DNA of 64,000 nucleotides from Arenicella sp. Lineage in GTDB: Bacteria > Pseudomonadota > Gammaproteobacteria > Arenicellales > Arenicellaceae. The stretch is from the NCBI GenBank assembly GCA_050633585.1, contig JBOEGT010000036.1, positions 13,951 through 77,950 of the forward strand. Reading direction: 5' to 3'. Every line of letters starts with the position of its first letter. The first letter of the stretch is position 1. The translations under genes were made by a program, and so were the position numbers. The notes beneath the pieces are model-generated. The model was not told where the DNA came from, ran no database searches, and saw nothing but the letters and a program-made list of their open reading frames with translations. This document shows positions 49,633 to 58,995 of this stretch, piece by piece.

Positions 49633-49709
49633 GGTGGATTAGACGGGAATCGAACCCGTAACCCGCGAATGATGAGTTCGCTGCTCTAACCAATTGAGCT
49701 ACTATCCAG
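49633..49709 (-). tRNA. tRNA-like gene, anticodon CAU (Met/Ile2-type), with a defective acceptor stem; possible pseudo-tRNA
   Basis: Reverse complement: TGGATAG-TA-GCTC-AATTGGTTA-GAGC-A-GCGAA-CTCATCA-TTCGC-GGGTT-ACGGG-TTCGATT-CCCGT-CTAATCC-A-CCA. The D, anticodon and T arms are canonical. The acceptor 5' strand TGGATAG does not pair with CTAATCC, as if shifted by one nucleotide, and position 37 is C. Confidence 0.5.
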
Positions 49710-50591
49710 TTGGTGTCTGATCAGTCATGTTTTTGAGGCATACCAAGTCCACATGTGGTTGGCACCAGACTGGATTCAAGAACCAGTTATCGTTTCAAAA
49801 TGATGAGTTGATCGAACTCTGTCTAACACTGTTTCCTTAGAGTTCCCTGTCTCAATATTCAGCGTTGATGCTGCATGCAATTTATTCTTAATGAATATTG
49901 CTGAATATTGAGCATAAAAAAACCTCGAAGGCGGCTGCCATTCGAGGTTTGCAAATGCATATCAAGAAGGCTGCCAACGCAGCCTTCGAATAATCGTGAC
50001 TACGTGTCTAAATTTTTTCCACTTTCTGCGCTTTGGCGTTGCACACGGTGAGCAACGATTCCCGCAGGGTCATCTGCATGACGTGCTTGCGAGCGCATCT
50101 CTACGTTACGCGGCGAATCAGCTAATCGCTGAAAACCGTGTATTGAGAGGTTTAAATTTTGTATTGAATATTTCATGGGAGCGGGAATATACGCCTAAAA
50201 AATGAGTTGTCAAATATTTTTTTGAGAAATAAAAAATATTTATCTATTTATTAGTGTTTTGTTAAGTGGTTGTTTTTTATTGATTTTATTTTTTTGAAAA
50301 TATTTTATAAATATGGAGCATTTCGCTATTCATCGTCATATTTTTTAATGAATTTGAGTTGAAAATGCAAGATGAATGAGCAATAAAATTCAATTTCAAA
50401 CACTAGTAATTTTTGTTTATAGGTATGTTGAATAGTGTCGTTTTGTCATGCGTGGCTTTTTTTGTGGAGGTTTTTTTGTTTGGTTGGCGACTCATTTTTC
50501 TTTGATGAAAATGAGCTATTCCTCTAAAACGTATTGCGACATTTATCTCGCAATCACGTTTCAGAGGATAGTCAAAGAATGAATTTTTAGA

Positions 50592-52664
50592 CTAAAAATC
50601 TTCTATAAATTCGCTACCAACAACATGCCTCAACCACCAATCATCATTTGAAATCGGTTCGCCGCACTTATCTAAAATAGACAGTGATGGGCAGCTTCCC
50701 GCTTGACCAGATATAGTGATGTAATCTCCATCAAATGATGTAAAGCTGACTTCCATTTGGTCGTCATAGGTAGGAGCCTGTTCGATCAATATACCCACAG
50801 CAATGCGTTCGCCCATGCGTAGGCTGTCATAGTAGTCAGAATAGTAATGCACGCCTGCCATGTTACGGCCAATCGAAATATTTGCGGCTAGCTTATCCAG
50901 TTCTCCCTGTATGGTAAGTTTGCCTTCAAATTGCTCATCTCTTGTTAAGGTTTCACCGGGTTCAACGCCTTTTTTAGTGGGTGCAATATCAGGTCGAAAA
51001 GCAAAATCTAGTGTCCGTTCGGTCTTACTATCACAGTCTTCATACATCTCAAAAAAAGCTTTAAGCATGGTGACGCATCCGCCAGCCACTGTTGCGTGAC
51101 CAGCACCATAGGCCGGATGCATTGGCGAACCTTCTGGGAAGGCCATAGGCAGTAAAAGGTTTGCTTTGTCAAAGCTGCTGTCGGTGATTTTTTTACCATG
51201 AAGAGAAGGCAAAATGTCATTTTTTACAGTGACTTTGCTATCTTTCGCTTTGGCCTTTTGTTGATTATTGTGCTCGATAACCGCTTTTAAGAGATGTTTG
51301 TCAATGCCATGTAACGAGTCTTTGAAGGCATCTCCAGCACAACCTAAGTCTTTGGTGCCACCTAATTGACTGACGGTGTATCTCGCGCCCATTACCTCTG
51401 GTCTTGCGCGACGATGGTAGTTAAACTTTTGTCGGCGTACCCCTTTTAAGCAACGCGTCGCCACTTCAGTGACTAAGGACAAAATATGTGGTCCCCCAAA
51501 GGTGGCAAACGAGTCTCTTTTCCCGGAAGGGCTGGGTTCTGGAAAGCCCTTTGAAAAAGGGACGCCATTGCCAAGAAGGATTAATCCAGCATTGAGATAG
51601 GCTTCATAGAGAGCATCAAAATGAACATATGTGGCGAGATCTCTTGGTGTGGTGATAAAGCGTTTTTTTGACTCATATTTATCCAAGCCTTTAAAGTTTG
51701 CTCCGTTTTGCACGTCCATCCATGATGACCAGTCTGTCATATAATCAAGCCCGTTTAAGTGGGTAATTGTGCGCTGATCAATCGTCAAAGAACCATAGCC
51801 AATGTAACCATTTTGGTTTGAAAATGCTGATGAATCACAGCTTTTGCTGATGGTATTACCGGCTATTGAGTTGTTTCCGACGAGTAAGAATTGCGAGATG
51901 TAATGCCCTTTTTTTGCACCTTCGGTTGATCCTCTAAATAGAGTTTCTAAGGATATTTTTCCTTCACAGTCGAGTCTAGCATCGCGTCGGTTGCGTTCGA
52001 ATCGGTCCAGTTTAACGTTGCCGCTGACATAATGCATGCCGTTTAATGCCGACACGACTTTTGTTGGAGTAATAGTGGCATGACCTCCATTAATGCAAGT
52101 GTTATCGCCTGCTTCAATGCGTTCAAACGGTACATCACGCAACAACGCTAAGCTATAGACTTCGGCCATTTCAAAACCGACTTCATTACTTTTTCCGGCT
52201 AATCTTGGCGCTGGAGCCATGCCAACCGCACCTGCATCTGGGCCTTGTAGCTCATAAGTATGCCCTGCCCGTGGGCTTTCCCAGCCGCGCCATTGGGTTT
52301 CTCCTTTTTCGGTTTTAGGGCAATTGAAGGATAAATTGCTTTCGGCCATACGGTCTTCAGCGGATAACACATGATTTTCGAATAATGAGCGATCTTCTGA
52401 GTTAATGGCTTCGACAAACTTTCTATAGTCAGTAGCGTCATCTACCAGTCCCGTGTGTGGGTTGTGGAACAAACCTTTGGTGAAGTTGGTTGGGTAACCC
52501 GATTCTTGAGGTGAGCTAGGACCAAAATCTTGCTCTTCAAGGTTTGATGATGTTTTCGCTTGAGGGCGAAGTCTGGCGACTTCGGTGGCGAGATCGCGAA
52601 ACTTTTTTGCGGCTTTTGCGCGGCTTGAGCCGTTCTGGCTGGGTTCTGAAAATGGTAATTTCAT
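50592..52664 (-). CDS. vanadium-dependent haloperoxidase family protein (PAP2/acid-phosphatase superfamily, large bacterial type)
   Basis: About 690 aa from the Met at 52664 (MKLPF), which has a GGAG Shine-Dalgarno sequence 7 nt upstream. The tripartite PAP2/V-HPO motifs are K-x6-RP (KFNYHRRARPE), PAYGAGHAT and R-x5-H-x3-D (GRNMAGVHYYSDYYD). The size fits a V-haloperoxidase rather than a small phosphatase of about 250 aa. Confidence 0.6.
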   Translation of the reverse strand: MKLPFSEPSQNGSSRAKAAKKFRDLATEVARLRPQAKTSSNLEEQDFGPSSPQESGYPTNFTKGLFHNPHTGLVDDATDYRKFVEAINSEDRSLFENHVLSAEDRMAESNLSFNCPKTEKGETQWRGWESPRAGHTYELQGPDAGAVGMAPAPRLAGKSNEVGFEMAEVYSLALLRDVPFERIEAGDNTCINGGHATITPTKVVSALNGMHYVSGNVKLDRFERNRRDARLDCEGKISLETLFRGSTEGAKKGHYISQFLLVGNNSIAGNTISKSCDSSAFSNQNGYIGYGSLTIDQRTITHLNGLDYMTDWSSWMDVQNGANFKGLDKYESKKRFITTPRDLATYVHFDALYEAYLNAGLILLGNGVPFSKGFPEPSPSGKRDSFATFGGPHILSLVTEVATRCLKGVRRQKFNYHRRARPEVMGARYTVSQLGGTKDLGCAGDAFKDSLHGIDKHLLKAVIEHNNQQKAKAKDSKVTVKNDILPSLHGKKITDSSFDKANLLLPMAFPEGSPMHPAYGAGHATVAGGCVTMLKAFFEMYEDCDSKTERTLDFAFRPDIAPTKKGVEPGETLTRDEQFEGKLTIQGELDKLAANISIGRNMAGVHYYSDYYDSLRMGERIAVGILIEQAPTYDDQMEVSFTSFDGDYITISGQAGSCPSLSILDKCGEPISNDDWWLRHVVGSEFIEDF

Positions 52665-53063
52665 CTTATGTCTCCGTACTGTCATGATTAACAAAAGTGT
52701 TGTTTTAAAACGCCTGAGTATGTATCTAACATCATGGATGTTGATTTGATTCATGCGTGCCGATAAGCGAATCTCCTTCTTTGGTTTTTATCCTTTTGCT
52801 ATGAGTCCTATGCAGTTCCTGAGTCGCTAGCCTTGATTCCTATCGCGAAGTCAGTATCTTCCTTAGTCCATTTGCATCATTAAAAAATCAATATTTCTTT
52901 TGTAGCGGCTGACTAATCATCTAATCACTTGCTGCCACTCAGAAATACGGAGCCCAGAGACAACCTGTCTCAAATATCGGCTGCAAAACGATAACAACTC
53001 ATACTCTGTTGGACGGCTTGTCTAACAAAATTTTTAATTACTTATCCTTCATTTAAGGTTTCC

Positions 53064-53513
53064 TTAAGTCATGCGACGAGATAAAAATAAGCCAATTAAC
53101 ATAAATGCGACGCCGAAAAACCGTGTGCTATTTAAAGGCGTGGCTTGCGTACTGAATAAGCCGAAATGGTCGATAATGGAGGCAGATATCACTTGCCCCA
53201 ATAGGACAAAAAAGATTGAATTACCCACGCCGTAACGAGGCACTAACCAGGTAATTGATAGTACGTAAAATGCAACAAACATGCCGCCAATGTAAAGGTA
53301 AATAGGCACCATTTTAAATGTTTTCATGGCTGGGAAACCTTGTATAAATGTGGCTGATAAGCAAATTAAAAAAGCCCCCAAAAACAGAATAGTCGCAGCA
53401 GTGGTTGTTGAATCTAAGCGTAAACCAAGTCTGCTACTAATGCTGGCCATGACAGGAATTCCAATGCCTGCCACCAATGCTAATGTCGAATAATATAGAG
53501 TTGATGACATCAT
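53064..53513 (-). CDS. YdcZ/DUF606-type small DMT-family transporter
   Basis: 149 aa with four to five TM segments. Confidence 0.5.
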   Translation of the reverse strand: MMSSTLYYSTLALVAGIGIPVMASISSRLGLRLDSTTTAATILFLGAFLICLSATFIQGFPAMKTFKMVPIYLYIGGMFVAFYVLSITWLVPRYGVGNSIFFVLLGQVISASIIDHFGLFSTQATPLNSTRFFGVAFMLIGLFLSRRMT

Positions 53514-53716
53514 TAACGACTCATTTTACGACGTTGAGTTACTGTGTCACCACCAATTCCCCAATTATCGGTTTGCACGACATCAATGGTCACAATAGTT
53601 GTTTCTGGGTTTTTATTTAGCTCTCGTTGTAATAGTTCAGTGACAGATTTGATAAGTGTGGCTTTTTTTTCGGTGGTTAAGTTTTCTGGTGTGAGTTTGA
53701 AATTGACGTATGGCAT
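53513..53716 (-). CDS. tautomerase (4-oxalocrotonate tautomerase-like) family protein
   Basis: 67 aa starting with the Met-Pro catalytic N-terminus (MPYVNFKL...). A GIGG motif is present, and the start has an AGGA Shine-Dalgarno sequence. The track ORF extends 14 codons further upstream. Confidence 0.6.
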   Translation of the reverse strand: MPYVNFKLTPENLTTEKKATLIKSVTELLQRELNKNPETTIVTIDVVQTDNWGIGGDTVTQRRKMSR

Positions 53717-53816
53717 GGTTTTGTTCCTATTCTCTTGCTTGAGAGTTGACGATAACAACTTCCTTTATTCATTTAAAATGATTGTTTTTGCATTTTAATA
53801 TCAATATTATTGATGA

Positions 53817-54674
53817 ATGGATTATCTTTTATTAAATACTTTTCTACAGGTTGCTCGGTGTGGCAGTTTTTCTAAAGCCGCTGATGCAATGAATTGCGTT
53901 CAATCGAATGTCACCGCTCGTATCAAGCGTCTAGAGTTATATTTTGATCAAGTGTTGTTTGAACGTGGGCGAGGAGGTGCTCGTTTAACGGAGTTTGGGC
54001 GCCAGCTAGAATCTCAAGCCACAGAGTTAATGCGAGCGCATGAAAAAGCTGAGCAAGAGCTCTTAGATGCAGCAGGTAAATCGGCCAAACTGAAGCTGGG
54101 TTCCATGGAAACCACTGCCGGTGCTCGTCTACCAAAAGTTCTGAAATGGCTTTCATCACAGGCACCTGAAGCCGAGTTATCTTTGCAAACAGGGACAACT
54201 GGAGAATTAACATTAAAGGTCTGGGAACGTGAAATTGATGCGGCTTTTGTTGCAGGTCCTGTTGATGAAAAAAGATTTCACTGTATTCCTGTGTTTGCAG
54301 AAAAACTCGTGTTGGCAAGGCCTACCAAAGGTCAAGAGGCATTAGTATTTATGGCGTTTCGTAATTCATGCAGTTATCGCAATATTTCAAACCAATGGCT
54401 GAGGATGTCTGGAAAAAGTGATACAAAAACCATCGAGATGGGAACGCTTGACGGCATTCTTGGTTGTGTTGAAGCCGGAATGGGTTTTGCTATTTTTGCA
54501 GAAAGTGCCATTAATACTTATCGTGAATTTGACAATATCACGGTGGAACAACTGCCCGCAGAGATTGCTAACACGACAACATATTTAATATGGCGTTATG
54601 ACCATAAACCCAGCCAAACGCACCAAAAATTGATGAATTATTTTTCGGAATTAAGCTGCGAAAAAGAAAAATAA
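53817..54674 (+). CDS. LysR-family transcriptional regulator
   Basis: 285 aa with a LysR HTH (LLNTFLQVARCGSFSKAADAMNCVQSNVTARIKRLE). It is divergent from the tautomerase-ydcZ pair. Confidence 0.8.
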   Translation: MDYLLLNTFLQVARCGSFSKAADAMNCVQSNVTARIKRLELYFDQVLFERGRGGARLTEFGRQLESQATELMRAHEKAEQELLDAAGKSAKLKLGSMETTAGARLPKVLKWLSSQAPEAELSLQTGTTGELTLKVWEREIDAAFVAGPVDEKRFHCIPVFAEKLVLARPTKGQEALVFMAFRNSCSYRNISNQWLRMSGKSDTKTIEMGTLDGILGCVEAGMGFAIFAESAINTYREFDNITVEQLPAEIANTTTYLIWRYDHKPSQTHQKLMNYFSELSCEKEK

Positions 54675-54683
54675 GAGACTCCG

Positions 54684-55031
54684 TTATTTCACGTCAGGTT
54701 TTTCGTAGAAAATATAGGATGTTGAATAATCACTGAACTCGAAGTAGACCTTTTTACCCTCATTCGCGTCTTTCACGCCATTCAAGTTAGCATCTAGAAT
54801 TCCGTAACCAAAACGATAAGGTCTTGGCACGCTACCTTGTGTGGCGACCGCCGTGCTGAGCTTGTCAATTTGAATGAAACGTTTTGCAAGTTTATCGCCA
54901 GCGTACACTTCTAAGACGCCATTAGTACCCGTCCAGTTTTGTACCGCACGACCAAATTTGTTTTGTGTTTCTTGTGTGCAAGCAGCCGTTAATAGAGAGA
55001 GCGTTAGAATGCTAAATAGAGACTTTTTCAT
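54684..55031 (-). CDS. lipoprotein (hypothetical)
   Basis: 115 aa with a lipobox (LLTAAC). Confidence 0.45.
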   Translation of the reverse strand: MKKSLFSILTLSLLTAACTQETQNKFGRAVQNWTGTNGVLEVYAGDKLAKRFIQIDKLSTAVATQGSVPRPYRFGYGILDANLNGVKDANEGKKVYFEFSDYSTSYIFYEKPDVK

Positions 55032-55046
55032 AAGAATGCGTTGAGG

Positions 55047-55256
55047 CTATGCCGGTTGGTCAGGTATTAATGAGCTTTTAATCTTCTTCACTTGTTCTTC
55101 TAGGGTCAAGAGTTGTTTTTTCAAGCGACTAAGTTCGACTTGGTTACAATTTTTCGCTTTTTTGCACGTCTCAATTGCTTGTGTGAGGTCGCGATGCTGG
55201 CTTTTAATTTCAGCGAGTTTGGCGTGCAGTTGTTCTTGGTCAGGCAGATTATGCAT
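55047..55256 (-). CDS. DUF465/YdcH-like coiled-coil protein
   Basis: 69 aa. The helical HNLP...QLLTLEEQ pattern is typical of YdcH-type proteins. Confidence 0.45.
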   Translation of the reverse strand: MHNLPDQEQLHAKLAEIKSQHRDLTQAIETCKKAKNCNQVELSRLKKQLLTLEEQVKKIKSSLIPDQPA

Positions 55257-55474
55257 AGATTAAATTTTCATTTGTTTGCTTAAGAGCTGTTGACGTTGCT
55301 TTTGCGGTTTTGTCATTATAATAGGCTAGAATGGTAGCACGGGATATGCAAACAACATATCTTGTCGTGGGTAAAGATTGATGAGTGTTTGTTAAAAGAT
55401 TTCTGAAAACGATGTTTGTATCACAAAAATCGTTTTATACTAAAACTACAATACGCAACGTTCAGGAGTAAATT

Positions 55475-56089
55475 ATGTCGAATAATAATATACGCACTTT
55501 TGTTGGCTTACCGATCCCTGAACCACTATTGAACCACCTGAGTATCATGGCATCCAGCTTGGCTGCATTGGATGCGAATCGTATGTCGTGGGTGATTGAG
55601 AAAAACTATCATTTGACGCTTTTATTTTTAGGCGAACAATCACCACAGTGGTTGGATGATTTTGCACAAGCCTTAGATGAGGAGCTCTATTTTGAACCCC
55701 AAGAACTGTCCGTTTCACGTATTTTGCCCTTTCCCGAGAGTTCACCCAGGCTTTTAGCGGCGATTGTAGACGACACAGATAGCCTAGTGGCATTGCATCA
55801 TGATATTAAACGTATTGCAGCAAGTTTGGGCCACCAAGCCGAAAAGCATCGCTTTATGCCTCACATTACCTTAGCCAGAAAGTTTCCTCGTCATGGCCAT
55901 CAAAGTATTCCACCTGCGGTCGATAAAATTTCTGGCGAGGCCAGAGAACTCGTTGTTTATGAGAGTCAGCTTCATCAAGACGGCGCCCGCTATTTTCCAT
56001 TATATGGCTATGAAGCGGTCACCTACGATGGATATGATGACAACGGTTACGATGTTGAAAGTTATGATATTGAGGCTAAAGCCGTTTAA
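55475..56089 (+). CDS. thpR: RNA 2',3'-cyclic phosphodiesterase ThpR (2H / LigT family)
   Basis: 204 aa with two H-x-T-x motifs (HLTLLFLG and HITLAR). Confidence 0.7.
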   Translation: MSNNNIRTFVGLPIPEPLLNHLSIMASSLAALDANRMSWVIEKNYHLTLLFLGEQSPQWLDDFAQALDEELYFEPQELSVSRILPFPESSPRLLAAIVDDTDSLVALHHDIKRIAASLGHQAEKHRFMPHITLARKFPRHGHQSIPPAVDKISGEARELVVYESQLHQDGARYFPLYGYEAVTYDGYDDNGYDVESYDIEAKAV

Positions 56090-56919
56090 TGAAAGTAGAC
56101 TTACATTGTCATAGCCATTTTTCAGATGGCACATTGACTCCTACAGAAGTTGTCGATTTAGCGGTCAAAAACGATGTTGAATTATTGGCTTTGACGGACC
56201 ATGATTCAGTTCAAGGTTTAGAAGAAGCACGTCAACGCTGTCAATTTCACGGTATTAAAATGATTGATGGTGTTGAAATTTCAGTCAGTTGGAATGGATA
56301 TAGTATCCATGTTGTTGGCTTAAATATTGATGATCAACATCCAAATATGATCGCACTATTGGAAAAAAACGCCATTCTTCGCCATGACCGTGTTGTCAAA
56401 ATGATAGAAAAGCTTCAGGCAATCGACTTAGATGTAATGCCTTATTTAAACACTGTTATCCCAGACAATGGCTTGATTACCCGCACTCATCTTGGGCGAG
56501 CATTGGTTGAAATTGGTGCTGTCAATAAAATGGATAAAGCGTTTAAGAAGTACCTTGGCAAAGGCAAATGCGCGTATGTTGAGGGCAATTGGGTGAGCCT
56601 AAGTGATGCGGTTCAAGCCATTATAGATTCTGGTGGAGATGCTGTGATTGCACACCCCATGCGTTATCGCATTGGTGCGACACGTTTAGACGCATTGGTG
56701 AGTGATTTTGCTAAAGCGGGTGGCAAAGGCTTGGAAGTCGTGACGGCAACACAAGATGTGAATCAACAGCGCCGGTGTTTGCAACTCGCTGAGCAATATC
56801 AATTGCAGGCTTCAATCGGTTCAGACTTTCATAGCTTGGACCAACCATGGGCAATGCTGGGTCGATGCCCTTCTCTGCCAGCAAAAGCCATCCCAATTTG
56901 GCAAAACTGGTCGGACTAA
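56089..56919 (+). CDS. PHP-domain 5'-3' exoribonuclease / nucleotidase (TrpH/YciV, RNase AM-like)
   Basis: 276 aa with the PHP N-terminal motif VDLHCHSHFSDG. The start overlaps the thpR stop. Confidence 0.7.
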   Translation: MKVDLHCHSHFSDGTLTPTEVVDLAVKNDVELLALTDHDSVQGLEEARQRCQFHGIKMIDGVEISVSWNGYSIHVVGLNIDDQHPNMIALLEKNAILRHDRVVKMIEKLQAIDLDVMPYLNTVIPDNGLITRTHLGRALVEIGAVNKMDKAFKKYLGKGKCAYVEGNWVSLSDAVQAIIDSGGDAVIAHPMRYRIGATRLDALVSDFAKAGGKGLEVVTATQDVNQQRRCLQLAEQYQLQASIGSDFHSLDQPWAMLGRCPSLPAKAIPIWQNWSD

Positions 56920-56961
56920 TTCATAGCGCGTTCCACAAGGTGACGCATCAGCAGAGGTGAA

Positions 56962-57927
56962 ATGAAAGCGGTAGTTCGTTCAGAATATGGTTCTCCAAAT
57001 GTGCTGAGTATTCAAGATATTACCGCACCTCGACCCAATGACAATGAAGTGTTAGTGCGTATTTATGCCACAACAGTCAACCGGACAGATTGTGGTATTT
57101 TGAGCGGAAAACCGTTTTTAATTCGATTTTTTACTGGACTGTTGAAGCCAAAGCATCACACGCCAGGAACAGACTTTGCTGGAAGGATTGAAGCAGTTGG
57201 TAAGCATGTCGACCAATTTAAGGTCGGTGATGATGTGTGGGGTTTGGATGATGAGGGCTTGTCATCTCATGCGGAATATATGGTCATTGAACACCATAAA
57301 GGGATAACACATATGCCAACAGGTTTTAGTTATCAGCAAGCGGTGGCTTGTGCGGAAGGAGCACATTATGCGTTTAACTTTATCAATAAAGTCACAGTAA
57401 ACAGAGGAGATAAAGTGTTAGTGAATGGCGCCACAGGGGCCATTGGCTCCGCGGCTTTGCAACTGCTCAAGTCTAAGGGAGCGATTGTGACAGCTGTTGG
57501 CAACACACCCAATCTTGCGTTGTTGGAATCACTTGGGGCGGATAAAGTCGTTGATTATTTACAGGAGGATTTTCTGAATGATGCTGATAAATATCACTTT
57601 GTCTTTGATGCCGTTGGCAAAAGTTCATTTTCGGCATGCAAAAAAATCATGGAGCAGAAAGCCGTTTATATTTCATCTGAATTGGGACCTCATCATCAGA
57701 ACTTATATTTACCGCTAGTCACTAAGTTTTTGGGTAAACAAAAAGTGATATTCCCCATCCCTTTTAATTGCCGCCGAAGTATTGAATTCATGACGGCATT
57801 GGCTGAAAAAGGACAGTTTAAGGCGGTCATTGATCGTGAATATCCCATGGATGATATTAAAGCTGCCTATGATTATGTGGCGAGTGGGCAAAAGACAGGC
57901 AATGTGGTCATCAATTGTTCTACTTAA
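56962..57927 (+). CDS. NADPH:quinone oxidoreductase / zinc-type alcohol dehydrogenase-like (MDR) protein
   Basis: 321 aa with a GroES-like N-terminus and a Rossmann motif GATGAIGSAA. Confidence 0.65.
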   Translation: MKAVVRSEYGSPNVLSIQDITAPRPNDNEVLVRIYATTVNRTDCGILSGKPFLIRFFTGLLKPKHHTPGTDFAGRIEAVGKHVDQFKVGDDVWGLDDEGLSSHAEYMVIEHHKGITHMPTGFSYQQAVACAEGAHYAFNFINKVTVNRGDKVLVNGATGAIGSAALQLLKSKGAIVTAVGNTPNLALLESLGADKVVDYLQEDFLNDADKYHFVFDAVGKSSFSACKKIMEQKAVYISSELGPHHQNLYLPLVTKFLGKQKVIFPIPFNCRRSIEFMTALAEKGQFKAVIDREYPMDDIKAAYDYVASGQKTGNVVINCST

Positions 57928-58121
57928 TCGCTAACAACTCGAAAATTAATCTTATTCTATAATTCAGAACTTTTTTAAGTGCATGAAAATAAAAGGGATT
58001 TTATTTTTTTATTCTTTTTCTATACACAAGGAAGTTTGCGGTACGCTGTTTTCTTACGATAGTCATATATTCAGGAATCAACCTGATTATAAAAGCTAAC
58101 TAAACTCGTAAGAGGTGCCAT

Positions 58122-58505
58122 ATGTATACAACACTGACCTATTTAATTTATATCATCGCCACAATTTTTATCACGGTATTTGTCGCTCGCACATTGAGTA
58201 AAAACGGTGAAATTTACCTGGTTGATGGTTTTGATGGAAATGAGTTATTAGCGTCTTCAGTGAACCATATGCTGGTGGTTGGTTTTTATCTATTGAATCT
58301 AGGGTTTGCCTTGCTAAGAATGAGAACAAACACTGCCATTGAAAGTGTTGAAGGGATGGTTGTCTACTTAAGTTCTGGTTTAGGCTTTGTTTTATTTGCG
58401 CTAGGAATCGCACACTTTTTCAACATGTATGTCATTTCTCAATTTCGTAAAAATAAAACCAAAACAGCAAATATTCAGAAAAACGAAACAGAAAGCTGGT
58501 CTTAA
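58122..58505 (+). CDS. small membrane protein (hypothetical)
   Basis: 127 aa with three to four TM segments. Confidence 0.35.
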   Translation: MYTTLTYLIYIIATIFITVFVARTLSKNGEIYLVDGFDGNELLASSVNHMLVVGFYLLNLGFALLRMRTNTAIESVEGMVVYLSSGLGFVLFALGIAHFFNMYVISQFRKNKTKTANIQKNETESWS

Positions 58506-58572
58506 TTAACCCAAACATGGTGCCGAGATCCTCGGCACCTTTACTGAATTTAAATGATAAGTAGGAGGAAAA

Positions 58573-58950
58573 ATGTTTAAGCAAGGGTTTTATTATGGGG
58601 CTTGGGGGCCATTGTTTGGCGCTGTTTTATATTATGTCGGGGCAATACTCTGGTTATTAATGAATGCAAAAGGTGATTACTCTTCAGTAAAAATAATGTC
58701 AGAGTTTTTCCCCTTGTTGATATTTGCTTACTTATTCGCAGGCATACCCGCGTTTTTGACAGGTATAGCCGCACATTTTCTAGGGAAACAGAATATAGCC
58801 ATTATCGGGTTAATAGGAGGTTTTTTATCTTTTTGGATTTTTCCAATCATTTTCGGGGAAATTGATATGAAGCTTGCATTATTATTCGGTGCGATAGGTG
58901 CCATTTCAGCCTGTGTTTTAGCGAAAATTAATGTCAAAAGAGATTCATAA
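58573..58950 (+). CDS. small membrane protein (hypothetical)
   Basis: 125 aa with four TM segments. Confidence 0.35.
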   Translation: MFKQGFYYGAWGPLFGAVLYYVGAILWLLMNAKGDYSSVKIMSEFFPLLIFAYLFAGIPAFLTGIAAHFLGKQNIAIIGLIGGFLSFWIFPIIFGEIDMKLALLFGAIGAISACVLAKINVKRDS

Positions 58951-58995
58951 ACGCTATGATTTAAGCCTGTAAAACACGCTACTCACTGATTAATT

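Noticed and set aside
49996-50205. A 69-aa ORF in the long noncoding stretch between the tRNA-like gene and the haloperoxidase.
   Set aside because: It has no RBS and its translation has no recognisable features. It sits in an otherwise gene-free AT-rich segment and is probably noncoding.
50206-50590. An extremely AT-rich segment that could look like a repeat array or CRISPR leader.
   Set aside because: It contains no regularly spaced direct repeats, only homopolymeric A/T tracts and short dispersed palindromes. No cas genes are nearby. More likely it is the 3' flank or terminator region of the haloperoxidase gene, or curved DNA.
52665-52754. The 30-aa N-terminal extension (MNQINIHDVRYILRRF...) of the haloperoxidase ORF.
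   Set aside because: The internal Met at 52664 has a good GGAG Shine-Dalgarno sequence 7 nt upstream. The extension is AT-rich with no SD sequence and is probably untranslated leader.
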